Assembly: GCF_001194135.2 (NCBI RefSeq)
Contig: NC_068986.1
Span: 72,161,048-72,225,047 of the forward strand
DNA from: Octopus bimaculoides
Taxonomy: Eukaryota
DNA length: 64,000 nucleotides
Direction of reading: 5' to 3'
A model generated the notes under the pieces. The model did not search any database, had not been told where the DNA came from, and was given only the letters and a program-made list of their open reading frames with translations. This document shows, in pieces, positions 39,972-51,659 of the stretch. Each line of letters starts with the position of its first letter. Position 1 is the first letter of the stretch. Both the position numbers and the translations under genes were made by a program.

Positions 39972-40533
39972 ATTAAAGCCATGATTTTGAGGAACCAATT
40001 GAGATGGTGTGGCCATATTGTTCGAATGGCAGATGAACGCATGCCAAAACAGCTGTTTTATGGTGAGCTTGCAGAGGGGAAACGTTATCGGCATAAACCT
40101 AAAAAAAGGTTTAAGGATGGCATAAGGACTGCTATGAAGTCAATTGAAATGGCTCCAAAAGATATAGAAGCCCTCGCTTCAGATCGAGTAGGATGGCGAA
40201 CAAGGCTGTGGAGTGGAGTGAAGGCATTTGAAGAGGCCAGGATGATGCAAGCAGGGCTCAAGAGATATTTAAGGAAAAATGTAAAGACTGAGAAGGTGAA
40301 TGACAAGGACCTTTTTGTGTGCACAGTCTGTGACAGACCATGTCTGTCATTGGCTGGCCTCAAATCTCACCTGCGAACCCATGGAAAACAAACCTCATCC
40401 AGCTATTCTGATTATATATCTGTGCACATGTTTGAATGTGGTGTGTGCCAGAGGGTTTGCAAATCCAATGGGGGTCTTAAAAGACATGTTAGGATCCACA
40501 ATGAGCAGAACTTACTTGCAGGTATTGGTAGTG
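39972..40533 (+). mobile_element. RTE-BovB-like ORF2 C-terminus with two C2H2 fingers, open between two gaps
   Basis: NQLRWCGHIVRMADERMPKQLFYGELAEGKR...KKRFKD, then CTVCDRPCLSLAGLKSHLRTH and CGVCQRVCKSNGGLKRHVRIH. No stop codon in about 187 codons. Confidence 0.88.
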
Positions 40534-42061
40534 NNNNNNNNNNNNNNNNNNNNNNNNNNNNNNNNNNNNNNNNNNNNNNNNNNNNNNNNNNNNNNNNNNN
40601 NNNNNNNNNNNNNNNNNNNNNNNNNNNNNNNNNNNNNNNNNNNNNNNNNNNNNNNNNNNNNNNNNNNNNNNNNNNNNNNNNNNNNNNNNNNNNNNNNNNN
40701 NNNNNNNNNNNNNNNNNNNNNNATATATATGTGTGTGTGTATGTGTGTGTATGTGTGTATATATGTTTGTGTGTGCGTGTTTGTGTCTGTGTTTGCTGTC
40801 ACACACCCACCCCATTCACTACTTCACAACTGGTGTTGGTGTGTTTACATCCCTGTAACTTAGTGGTTCAGCAAAAGAGCCCGATAGAATTAGTACTAGG
40901 CTTAAAAAGTAAGTCCTGGGGTCAATTTGTTTGACTAAAAACATCCTTCAAGGTGGTGCTCTAGCATGGCTCCAGTCAAATGACTGAAACAAGTAAAAGA
41001 ATAAAAGAATTTAGTATTAAATCATGAGAATTCACTGAAAATAGAAGAGTAATTATGACTGAATCATTGATGAACTAGGAGAGAAGAGGATATAGAAGTA
41101 TAGAGTTGCCATTTACCAGGTATTGTAGGGGCCTAAACCTGTGGGTACTGTCTTGAGAGGATGGCCTCTCAAGGCAGTGTGCACAAGTGTACGCCCCAAG
41201 AATATCTGGCAATGGGCTACTGCTGATCCCCTCTAACAATCAGTAGCACCACATAATGGAAGGTGTAATCTAAAGCATCCTCAAAATTGAGGCTTTGTCT
41301 AAATGCAGGAAACGGGATAAAGTTCACACAAGACTCCTAATAGTAGTTAGTGTCCAACTTGGTGGCATGGTATATCTATTACAAAAAAAAAAGAAATAAA
41401 ATTAAAAAAAGACTGTACTGTAGAGCCTACTCTTGGTTAATGATTTTCATTTCAGTGCGACCAAGATCCTAGATGGCCTGTTTTTGCTGCAGATGTTGAA
41501 GCCATATTTTTTTTTTTTTTTTTTTCTGAAGTACTTTTCCTTCTTACTGACAGAATATAAGTGGGAGACAGAAAATTTATGCATACTTTCATCCTATTAA
41601 ACATTTTACCCAAACCTTTCTTTTCCTATGTGTAATCCTCTGGAATTTCCACACTGACCACATTTTTTTCTATGTCAACTTACAGAAACTGAAACTGAGC
41701 CTCAACTGCATCACAAGTTTGAGAATGTCAAAAAATAAAATAACAAAATGAAAATGTAAAAAGCTTCCTAGCTTACATCTAAGTATATTTTTTTAACTCT
41801 TTCCTTTAAATTCATATTATGCTTAATTGATTTCAAAGGTAATTTAACTTACAGCTTTTTTGTACTTCTCAGACTTTTTCAGAAGTTACTCAAAAGAAGC
41901 AACACAATACCTATGATCACCGTAAACCTACCAACACAAATGAAATTGATGCAATCCATGCTCAGACTGAACATTTGTATGAAAGACATGGGTAAGGTCT
42001 GCTCCAAATGTTTACAACAAAATGAGCTCTACTAAAAGCACTCAAAGGCCAGCATTGTTGT

Positions 42062-42500
42062 TCATCATCATCATCATTTAATGTCTGCCTTCCATGCTAG
42101 CATGGGTGGGACAGCTTCACAAGAGCCAGCCAGGAAGAAGCCTGCACCAAACGTCTGTGACTGTTTTGGCAGGATTTTTACATTTGGATGCTCTTCCTGA
42201 CACCAACCACTCAGCAGAATGGACTTAGTGCTTTTTACGTGGCAAAAGCACAGGCGAGGTGAGTAGTGTTTTTCATGTGGCACAAGCACAGACAAGGCCA
42301 GTTTTGGCAAGGTTTTTACAGCTAGATTCCCTTCCAAACACCAACCACTTTACAGTGTGGACTGGGTGCTTTTAAGTTGCACCTGCACTGACGGGGTCAC
42401 CAAGTACTTGCAAGACAAAAAAAATTCAAGAGGGGAGGAGGCATTGGAGGAGGTGATCTTGTGTTGTATGATGAAAAGGTTATAGAGAGACAGATACAGG
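42062..42500 (-). mobile_element. RTE-type LINE 3' UTR / tail
   Basis: (CAT)n tttaatgtctgccttccatgctagcatggg..., the same family as 16707 and 63637. Confidence 0.7.
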
Positions 42501-43489
42501 TTGTGGATTATAATTAAGTTAACTATGATCAAGCATAACAATAACCAAATGTATTCCAGTTAACACCATCCTGTCATTTATTAAGACATAATATATCTTG
42601 GACCACAATATCAAATATGTCCTTTTGAAAAGACAGGATGTGATTTTGAAGGAGATTTGTTTACTTCTTCATGTAGGTCAAGCAACCAGATAGATGCTTC
42701 CACATTGAGTCAAGGTAATAGCATTAAACAAAACAGTGTGTTTGATCTACTGCTCAATAAAGCCCCACTTCCCACTCACAGAAACTAACTTATGTCAATC
42801 AAACTTATTTATTTAAGCTAGTGTTATAAATAACAAAATTATTTGTAGTGCACCCCGCTCCCCAACACAAGAAGCCAAAAACTTTCATTTCTAGACATAC
42901 ATTTTTATCAAAGCATGCTGAAGCACATTTATTATTCTAAACTGTGGTTGGCCCAAGTCCATAGTAAAAGACACTTGCCCAAGGTGCCAGACAGTGGGAC
43001 TGAACCTAAAACCATGTAGTTGGGAAGCAAACTTCTTACTACACAGCCATGCTGAAAATAAAGTTGTTTTTCTCCACATTTTACAGTTAAGAGACTTTCA
43101 TTACTTTCTGATACAATTATCCTTATATGACAATACTTTATGCAAATTACAAGTTCCTATATTCTATGTACTTTCTCAATGCAACATAAACAGACCATAT
43201 GATTAAAAAAAAAATGCTGAACTTCAAAATAGAAAATGCTTACATTCTTCTCAATAGATAGCCAATCTATTTTTTAATCAAAAGATTTACCATGTATATA
43301 TTCTATTAAAACATGTTACAATTGCACTGTTTTAAAACACTGTATTTTATTGATACTGTTCGTGCCATTAATGTAACTACCCTTATGCAAAAGTTTTAAT
43401 TTCAACAAACTAACTCAGATCAGATAACTTACCAAACAAAAGACATTAGTATTTTTTTATAATAAAAAAAAAGCACAATAATCACTTAC

Positions 43490-43605
43490 TTGATACACGG
43501 GAAACCACCCTTCAGGAATTTTCTGTTACCAAAACACTCAATACCTTCTAAGGCAGTACACCATACTGAAGTCTTTTGAACATCTTCATAACGACGTCCG
43601 CCCCA
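43490..43605 (-). CDS. TM2D2: TM2D2 coding exon 3
   Basis: Acceptor tttatatttAG; [38 protein letters not shown]+AA; donor GTAAGT (phase 2). Resembles TM2D2 '[24 protein letters not shown]...PCIK'. 116 nt. Confidence 0.96.
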
Positions 43606-43681
43606 CTAAATATAAATCAAAAATAAAAATGCTTTTAAACTCCTACATTAATAGATGGGAAAATAATATATTCTAATCATA

Positions 43682-44490
43682 CAAGGGTCAGCTGAAAAGT
43701 TCATTGGCTGACAAAGATACTCTCATGGAATGTGACCAAATAAGGTTTAGTTTGCAACATAGTCCCCCCTTGCAATCCACACACTTCTTCCATCAGTGTT
43801 GCAGTGCTTGAATCTGTTTGGTAAAGAAGCTTTCATCTCGGTCAAAAAAGCTATCACCAGCAGATATAACATCATCATCATTGCAATGTTGATTCCCAGT
43901 CAAGTGTTTTTTCATGCTGAGAAACAGATGACCGTCAGACAGGGCCAAATCAGGAGAACAAGGAGGATGATCAACTAGTTCAAAACCGCAGTCATGCACA
44001 GCAGCCACTGAAACTAAGGACTTGTATACTGGAGCACTGACCTGATGAAACAAGACCACCTTTGTCAGTTTTCCAGAGCACTTGGTCTTGATAGCCTTTT
44101 GTAACTGCCTCAGCAAGTTAGTACTCTCCATTGATGGTGTGGCCCTTTTGAAGATAGTCAACGAAGACAATGCCTTTTTCATCCCGAAAAACTAAGGCTG
44201 TCACATTCTCTGCAGATGAAACAACCTTGGTCTTCTCAGGAACAGGTGAGGAGTGGTGTTTCCACTGTATGGATTGCCTCTTTGTCTCTGGCTCAAAATG
44301 AGGGACACAACACTCATTCTGGCTTAGAAAGCATTCAAGGAAACTAACTGGATCTGCCTCAAACAATGTCATATTTTCCTGTGGTGTGATCAGCTTGGTG
44401 TGCTTTTGATCAGATGTCAGAAGATGTGGTACCCACCAAGCAGAAATTCTCATCATGTCAAGTTCATTGTGCAGAATATCCTGATGTTAA
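43682..44490 (-). mobile_element. Degenerate mariner transposon (3' part)
   Basis: FEPETKRQSIQWKH, VFRDEKGIVFVDYLQKGHTINGEY and DHPPCSPDLALSDGHLF (YSPDLAPSD). TA|CAAGGGTCAGCTGAAAAGTTC terminus lies about 75 bp from the exon 3 acceptor. Confidence 0.88.
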
Positions 44491-45315
44491 CTGATTGGAA
44501 GTGTTATCATATACATGTTTTGTCTTGATGTAAAAGATGGGCTACAGCAAATATTCTGCTCAATACCACTTATTTGCTGTCCCTCAGTGGCTGACTATGT
44601 GCATCTCTGATCATGAGCAGGAGTAGGGGGTGGAGTATGACAGCCATATGTTAAGAGGCTTTGATTGGCCAGGAGCTATCGTAGAAGGCACTTGCTCAAG
44701 GTGCCACACAGTGGGACTGAACCCAGAACCATATGGTTGGGAAGGAAACTTACCACACAGCCAAGCCTGCATCTGAAATACAGTTAGGTCCTAATTTTAA
44801 GCCTTATTCTCCTCTCCAATATTTAGTACATTCCCTATAAAATCAATTATTTCACAAAATATTTCATAACATTCTTCTCAATTCATTCATCAGTTCTAAA
44901 TAAAGACTAAAGTGTGATTTTGATTTTATTTTTTAATTCATGATGTCATTAAAGATCATGAGTGCTCTTAATGAAAAGCAACAGTATTATGTTCTAGTTG
45001 TTTTCTTGGTACATGTAGTGTATATGTCTTAGTGCCATTGAATGAGACAAGGTTGTCATGTTTAAATTACAGGATGTTATTGAGGTTTTGTCCAGATACC
45101 ACATAAAAGTCTATGTTACATGTGAAAAATGCTCAGATGCAAATGTTAAAGAGTAGATGGCAAGAACCACTTATATAAGACTGTGCATGCAATCAATTAA
45201 CAATGAAAATTCATTAATGTACAAAAGGGAAAATGTTAAATTGTATTATTTTTTCTACATCAAATTTAGTAAATTTTATTAAAAAGAATATCAAGGCAAG
45301 TGATCAGTTTCTTAC

Positions 45316-45403
45316 TTTGGTACAACCATAACCCAACATTTCACGAGCAGTTTCATTTTCTTCAAGATCTTGAGGTGGACTACAATTCAGAAATTCCATT
45401 GGC
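45316..45403 (-). CDS. TM2D2: TM2D2 coding exon 2
   Basis: Acceptor ttgcttgtAG; G+PMEFLNCSPPQDLEENETAREMLGYGCTK; donor GTAAGA (phase 0). Resembles TM2D2 'PDEFIEC...NATA.QELGYGCLK'. 88 nt; phase fits exon 1 (CT|G = Leu). Confidence 0.95.
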
Positions 45404-45779
45404 CTACAAGCAAATGAAACAAATATTTCGAAATGACAATTATAAAAATTAAAACAATTAGAAATCCATGTTAGAGTAAATTATGATAAACAACACTATA
45501 ATATTTAAAAAAAGAGATAATTATGAATGTTTGTATTTTTACACTAACTACTTGTAACAATAAACTCATGAGAAATGAAAACATGTCCACGAACAATGGC
45601 TAGGGCCCTGGAATAAAACTACATATTTCGAATGACAAGAAAGCAAGTGTGCCAGCTAAGAAAATATACAGAAACCTGACTGTTATCATAAGCTACAGTG
45701 AAAGCAATAGATTGAAAATAATGTGTATCAAGGAAGAGCTGCAGTTTGGAAAGGTGTGGATGGTGGGAGTGTCTTGAAA

Positions 45780-46130
45780 AGGAAGGAAATCGGGCAAAGG
45801 GCCTAGTTGTGCAGACACGTCAAGCTAAGTAAAAGTGTGGTTGTCCTTGTATACGGGCTTTTCCCCTGCAACCCTCTCCTGCTGAACATCCCTAATCTCT
45901 TGGGCTCGTAAGTGCTGGTGCCATGTAAAAACCACTTGCTGGTGCTGCATAAATGCACCAAGTACACTCTGTAAAGGGCATTCATCCATAGAAACCACAC
46001 CAACACAGACAGGGAGCCTGAGTAGCCCTTCAGATGGTCAGCTCCTGTCAAACCATCCAACCTTGCCAGCATGGAAAATGGACATTAAATAATGATGATG
46101 ATAAGGATGATGATGATGATGATGATATAT
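45780..46130 (+). mobile_element. RTE-type 3' UTR / tail
   Basis: gtgctggtgccatgtaaaa...gctcctgtcaaaccatccaaccttgccagcatggaaaatggacattaaa(tga)n. Confidence 0.65.
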
Positions 46131-46149
46131 ACACACAGTGCTACCTAAA

Positions 46150-47160
46150 ATTGTTTCACCGAGGTGAGTAAATCTTCTCAAGAACTGCATATCACCAGTA
46201 ATGAGGTTCAAGGTTCTGAGGTCAGCCTTTACCACTTCATCTCATATTTTCTTGGGTCTCTCTTCTGCAAGCTCCATCCACATTAAGTAATCAGCACTTC
46301 TTTATACAACTGGCATCATATGTCCAAACAGTGCCGTCTTCTTTCTTGCACACAACACCTGATTCCTATTATGCTGTTTTTTTTCTCAAAACATTTATAC
46401 TATGCCTTTCATGCACTTACATTGCACAACCAATGGAGCATGCTCACTTCATTTCTTTCCAGTCTTCTCTGCATTCAAAGCAAATGTTTTACTATCATGC
46501 CACACTTCAGTTCTAACATAGACATCATACAACATGCCCTTCACTCTAAGGAAAAAAAAAGTTTTGTTGCTAGCAATAGTAGTAGCTCCTTGAACTTTCT
46601 CCAGCCTGTTCTTATTCTGGCTACTATATTTTCAGAACAACCACCTCCCGAGCTAATTACATCTCCTAGGTAACAAAAGCTATTGATTACTTCTAATGAG
46701 CCATCTATACATTTAAGAGAAACTATTTCTGGCATGCTTCCAGTATTTCTACTGCAAAGCATCTGTCACCTATGAATCTTACATTCTCTGATAGCCTGCC
46801 AGTGATTCCACTACAACCTTCATGTGCCCATAGCTTACATTGGGTACAGCATATGGAGTTTATACTCACTCCTTTTCTGTATCTTGAACAAGTCATTTCC
46901 CTGAACATACCAGGATTTTGTCTTCTTCCTACTTACAAAAACATTAATCTTTGTTAAGTTTACCCTGGAGCCTCTTGAATCCAAGTTTAGCTTCTATGCT
47001 TGGAATGTCCAATACAATTCACCTATAGATGCAGCAATAAGAACTAAGTCACCAACATATAGGACTTCCCATGGACAGCCAGTGTTAAACTTTTCTGTGA
47101 TGGTCTGTAGAACAATGATGAATAGGAGAGAGCTGAGGACTGAACTTTGATGAGGTCACA
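46150..47160 (-). mobile_element. RTE-clade LINE RT C-terminal fragment with an internal Cys-rich segment
   Basis: LEVINSFCYLGDVISSGGGCSENIVARIRTGWRKFKEL and CSRYRKGVSINSICCTQCKLWAHEGCSGITG. Confidence 0.82.
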
Positions 47161-48386
47161 CCTTCACACTAAAATTGTTGCCAACTATCTCTTTACTTCC
47201 TGTATCTCTGTACATGGCTTGTACAATCCTCACAAGTTATTCATCTACACCAAGTTTCCTCAATGGGCACCAAATTACTTAGTATGTTACCCTGTTAAGT
47301 ACTTTTCCAAATTAATGAAAGTCAGGACTATACTCTACTTTCATAATATCATCTAGTATGTTGTATTTCAAGATTCGTAAGAATTATATTCATTGAACAC
47401 TGTTCCATTAACTTATTGGATATATCCATGTAAATCTAAATGAAGTGGGTTAATGATATATTTGAAAACTCAGTTAAATTTTGCTTTGGTCATTGACTTC
47501 ACATGCAACCTATCTAATATTGTGAATAGCTAACAAAGAACATATGACATAACAACCATACAAAAAATTGGTGACCCTGATAGAAACAACCCATCAAAGA
47601 AAAGAGAAAAGAGCTGTTGAAGAAAAGACCCAGCATCTTGACTTCAGTACTGACCTGGTATTTACAGTGAATCTGACTACACATGTTAATTACTAACCCA
47701 ACATGTCTAATTAATTTGCTGATTCAACGTGCAAACTGCTGCGATTTCTAAATTTACTATAACTAAAACTGGAGACCTGATGAAGAAAAAGAAGCAAATC
47801 AAGAAGGAAAAAAATACACTTGGGAATGATAATACTACAATAAAAATTTGATCCAAAAATTAGAATTGTTACCTGCATGCTACTACTAAATGAATGATGC
47901 AACATCACCACAAAATTGGCAACTAAACAACTGGTGACTACTGGACATTTTCTACAAGCCAATATCAACAATAATATAATGTTGTGCCTGATAACTTCCC
48001 ATACAGCCAAACACTTAGCCACAGTAAATAACTGTTTTGACTGTAACTTCTAGAAAATGAGATTTTCAGCATTTTTCTTGTATGGGGATAAATATTGTTT
48101 TGTTACATAGTTGTATGGTTAACATCTTAGCTACATGTTTCATTTAGTTGCTTCATTATTAACACAATGAAAAAATATATATATCTATATATTCTTTTAC
48201 TTTCTTTTACTTGTATTGGTCATTTGATTGCAACCATGCTGGAGCACTGCCTGTAGTCGAACAAATCGACCCCCGGACTTATTCTCTGTAAACCTAGTAC
48301 TTATTCTATTGAATTCTTTTGCCGAACCACTAAGTTACAGGGATGTAAACACACAAATCGATGGCAGGGAGATAAACACATGCACA

Positions 48387-48473
<87 letters not shown>

Positions 48474-48638
48474 TTAAACAATGAAAACGAGTGCTCAACA
48501 CTGCATTGGTGGATAGAATTTCTTTATTTGTGTATTAAAGCTACCATTGGTTTCATGTTAAGAAAAATATTTTAATATCTTAATTTTTCAAGCCAATCAC
48601 ATGGAGGAATGGTATTTATCTCTATTTTAGTGTATATG

Positions 48639-49017
48639 TGGCACTTCGTTGGTTACGACAACGAATGTTCCAGTCGATCTGATCAATGGAGCAGTCTGCT
48701 CGTGAAATTAATGTGCAAGTGGCTGAGCACTCCACAGACATGTGTACCCTTAACGTAGTCCTTGGCGAGATTCAGTGTGACACAGAGTGTGACAAGACTG
48801 GCCCTTTGAAATACACATACAACAGAAACAGGAAGAAAGAGTGAGACAAAGTTGTGGTGAGAGAGTACAGCAGGGTTCGCCACTACCCCCTGCCGGAGCC
48901 TCATGGAGCTTTAGGTGTTTTCGCTCAATAAACACTCACAACGCCCAGTCTGGGAATCAAAATCGCGCTCCTACAACCACAAGTCCGCTGCCCTAAACAC
49001 TGGGCCATTGTGCCTCC
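48639..49017 (-). mobile_element. tRNA-headed SINE family A, full length
   Basis: Homologous to 17403-17790. Near-TSD AGTGTATATGT (48629) / AGTGTATGTGT (49020). Confidence 0.85.
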
Positions 49018-49329
49018 ACAGTGTATGTGTATACACACACACACAAGGATAATACAACATTAGGATGGATGATAACAGGCTTCAATACTAGATCACAACA
49101 TTTGTTTCTGCACCACACACCAGCTTCAAGTTGCTGAGTTTATATTCAAATACCATTACAGAACATTCTTTATATTTATTATATAGTTGAATACTGTTCA
49201 TCAACAGCTAGTAATGTCTTTCTTTAGGAACACTATCTCTGTGTGCTGTGAATGTCTGTATGTATAGATGAATTTGATGATGTGTATGAAAACATTATTA
49301 GCCCTGTGTCTTCTCCATCTACTGAAATC

Positions 49330-50450
49330 CTTGCTCCAACTTTGCAAACAGCTATACCTATTTTAATTAAACTAGAGATAGCTAAATACATGTCAGTTCT
49401 CAGCAAAAGCATTTGACATTTACAGGACAGCTATTCTCACAGCTCATGGATTATATGAATCTGTCAGAAGGCCTTTTGGGCCCTGAACTTCTGTAAATTC
49501 CTTGCAAGGATTTATTCATGAAGTGACTCACTGTTTCAATTTCATGTTTGCTAATATTAATGATTTATCAACAATTGTGCAGTTTCCAGCTTCCACTTCT
49601 TGATGAAAATTACATAAATTTCATGACTTAATGAATTTCTACCAAAATTTTATTCTGCACTGTACTGAGATGAGTTACTCTAAATCCAAATTATGTAATC
49701 ACAAAAAAAAAAACAGAAGACATTGTTTAGGAAGATTTACAGTCATCAAGCAAAATTATTCAAGGCTACTTTCTTAACTCACTGATACCAGATGCATCCC
49801 CTTTTTTCCATTGGGGGATGCTTCTGACAAAGAAATTGGTGGGATTTTTACAACAATTTACTCAGCATTCCTGGCAACCTTTAGAGTTTTTTTATTTTAT
49901 TTTTTTTTTTTTGTCCTTGAAGCATTTGAAACTGACTAGTATTGCATTAGACATTAACTTAAGTTCTTCATAAGATAAACATGCTCCAAAGGAAATTAGG
50001 TGCCTTGATTTTGTATGATAGTCTACTGTGTACATTCATTATATTAAGGGTTCAAATTATTGCTCAACATGCCTTATCTTGAGTGCATGTGAATTCATTG
50101 CACTCTGGTGATTTTATGGATCTGATAAATACTCCTATAGATCAAGATTTGGATGAAGAACTATCACAACCATGGAAATCTGTGTCAGTACTTTAGAATT
50201 CCATCTTGTTCCTATGCTTGCTTCCACAAACCATATTTGATGACATATTTCTACTATTCATCAATGACCCTTTTGTGCCTGCTTAACAGACACTCAGCCT
50301 TTTCCTGCTCTTCACAATTTGTCTCACCCTATTGACTGAATTTAAAAAGCTTCCACTAATGCAAATACAGCCAACAGTATTTCCACACACATCAAATTCA
50401 CTTATACATAGAGACATTCTCAGCACACAAAGATATTGTTCCTAAAGAAA
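49330..50450 (+). mobile_element. Degenerate Gypsy LTR-retrotransposon pol remnant (RT/RNase H)
   Basis: RTAILTAHGLYESVRRPFG...GFIHEVTHCFNFMFANINDL (RT, decayed YIDD) and DASDKEIGGI.QQFTQHSWQPL (RNase H). Confidence 0.75.
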
Positions 50451-51508
50451 GACATTACTACTATGTATAATTCTGTTTTTGTGGTACAACATTCTATAAG
50501 TATATTAGACTACTTTGTAGAATTTTGTGGATATTGTCAACTTTTTGCACTTAAGCTTTCTGTAATGTAATTGCTCATTTTAATTGCTAAAAAAAGTTTT
50601 TTACTGTCTATTTTCATTTCGTTTGTGGCATAACAAAATCACTGCAAGAGGACTATTGTAGCGAGGTCCCTGCTGGGTTTTGAACCATAGCTCTTAGATT
50701 TTTCCTTGTTCAAAATCACAACCTAATGTATCTCCATAAAAGGAAAAGTGTCGCCAAAAAAGGTATCAAAAAGCATTTGTGAATATGGCTAGACCAATCA
50801 ACACTTGCTGACTTATGGTAGATGCGACAACCTTCATAGGAAATGATCAAAAGTATTCCAAGTCCACTCTTCACATGGTCGACAATTTTCAATTTCGGCC
50901 TGCTGTCATGTTTACGTTGTCATTTTCCTTTAGCTAGCTCTAGACGTGCTTTATAAACGAATTTATTTTTTAGATGATATTTTTATTAAAGAGTAGGTGG
51001 CCCGCGAAATAACTATAACTAGTTGGTAAACACTTATTCGATTCATTCAGATTAATCAAGTTATTTTGTAAATAAAATGTACGATAATGGTTGTTTGTTG
51101 TTTCGTTTAATTGACACTGGTTTTAATATATTGGTTTTGTATGAATTCATCACACTGATCTTTTAAAAAAATCGTCACCAGCTAGCATTGTTTATATTAC
51201 CACATATCCGAATATATACAGTTTTTTAATTATCTAATCATTATTAAATATAATTTTTCTCAGATCGACAGCTTACGTGAGTTGGGGTTACGACTGATAT
51301 ACATAAATACATGTAAGAAACCACAGTAGCTTGTAATGTCCCTTTAACCGAGCATTATAAATTTTGAAATTTTAATATTTATTATGCTTTATTAAATCGG
51401 AACGGAATTATTGGAGTACAGAAACTGATTAAATAAAAAGATTTAAATTAAAACGAAATTAAGAGGGAAAAAATCCACGTTTTCCTTCAAGGAAGTGTTT
51501 ATACTCAC

Positions 51509-51657
51509 AGATACGAACAAAGAATTAATGGACTGTATGGTTTATATGCTCCACAAGATTCATTCATACATTTTTCTTTGTCGGTAAAAGAGAGTCCATG
51601 ACAAGCATCAATGAAAACCGAAAATATCGGAATGAAAACAATCCAATGTCCAGCCAT
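51509..51657 (-). CDS. TM2D2: TM2 domain-containing protein 2, coding exon 1 (signal peptide and start of extracellular region)
   Basis: ATG at 51657; reads MAGHWIVFIPIFSVFIDACHGLSFTDKEKCMNESCGAYKPYSPLILCSY+CT, then donor GTGAGT (phase 2). Hydrophobic N-terminus. PYSPLILCSYL resembles the TM2D2 'PHSPVILCSYL' motif. 149 nt. Confidence 0.93.
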
Positions 51658-51659
51658 GA

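Noticed and set aside
39111-40934. 607-aa ORF and other long ORFs spanning gaps
   Set aside because: The length comes from N-runs; only the RTE fragment 39972-40533 is real sequence.
47711-48022. 103-aa hydrophobic minus-strand ORF in intron 1
   Set aside because: No motif and no splice context linking it to TM2D2; AT-rich chance ORF.
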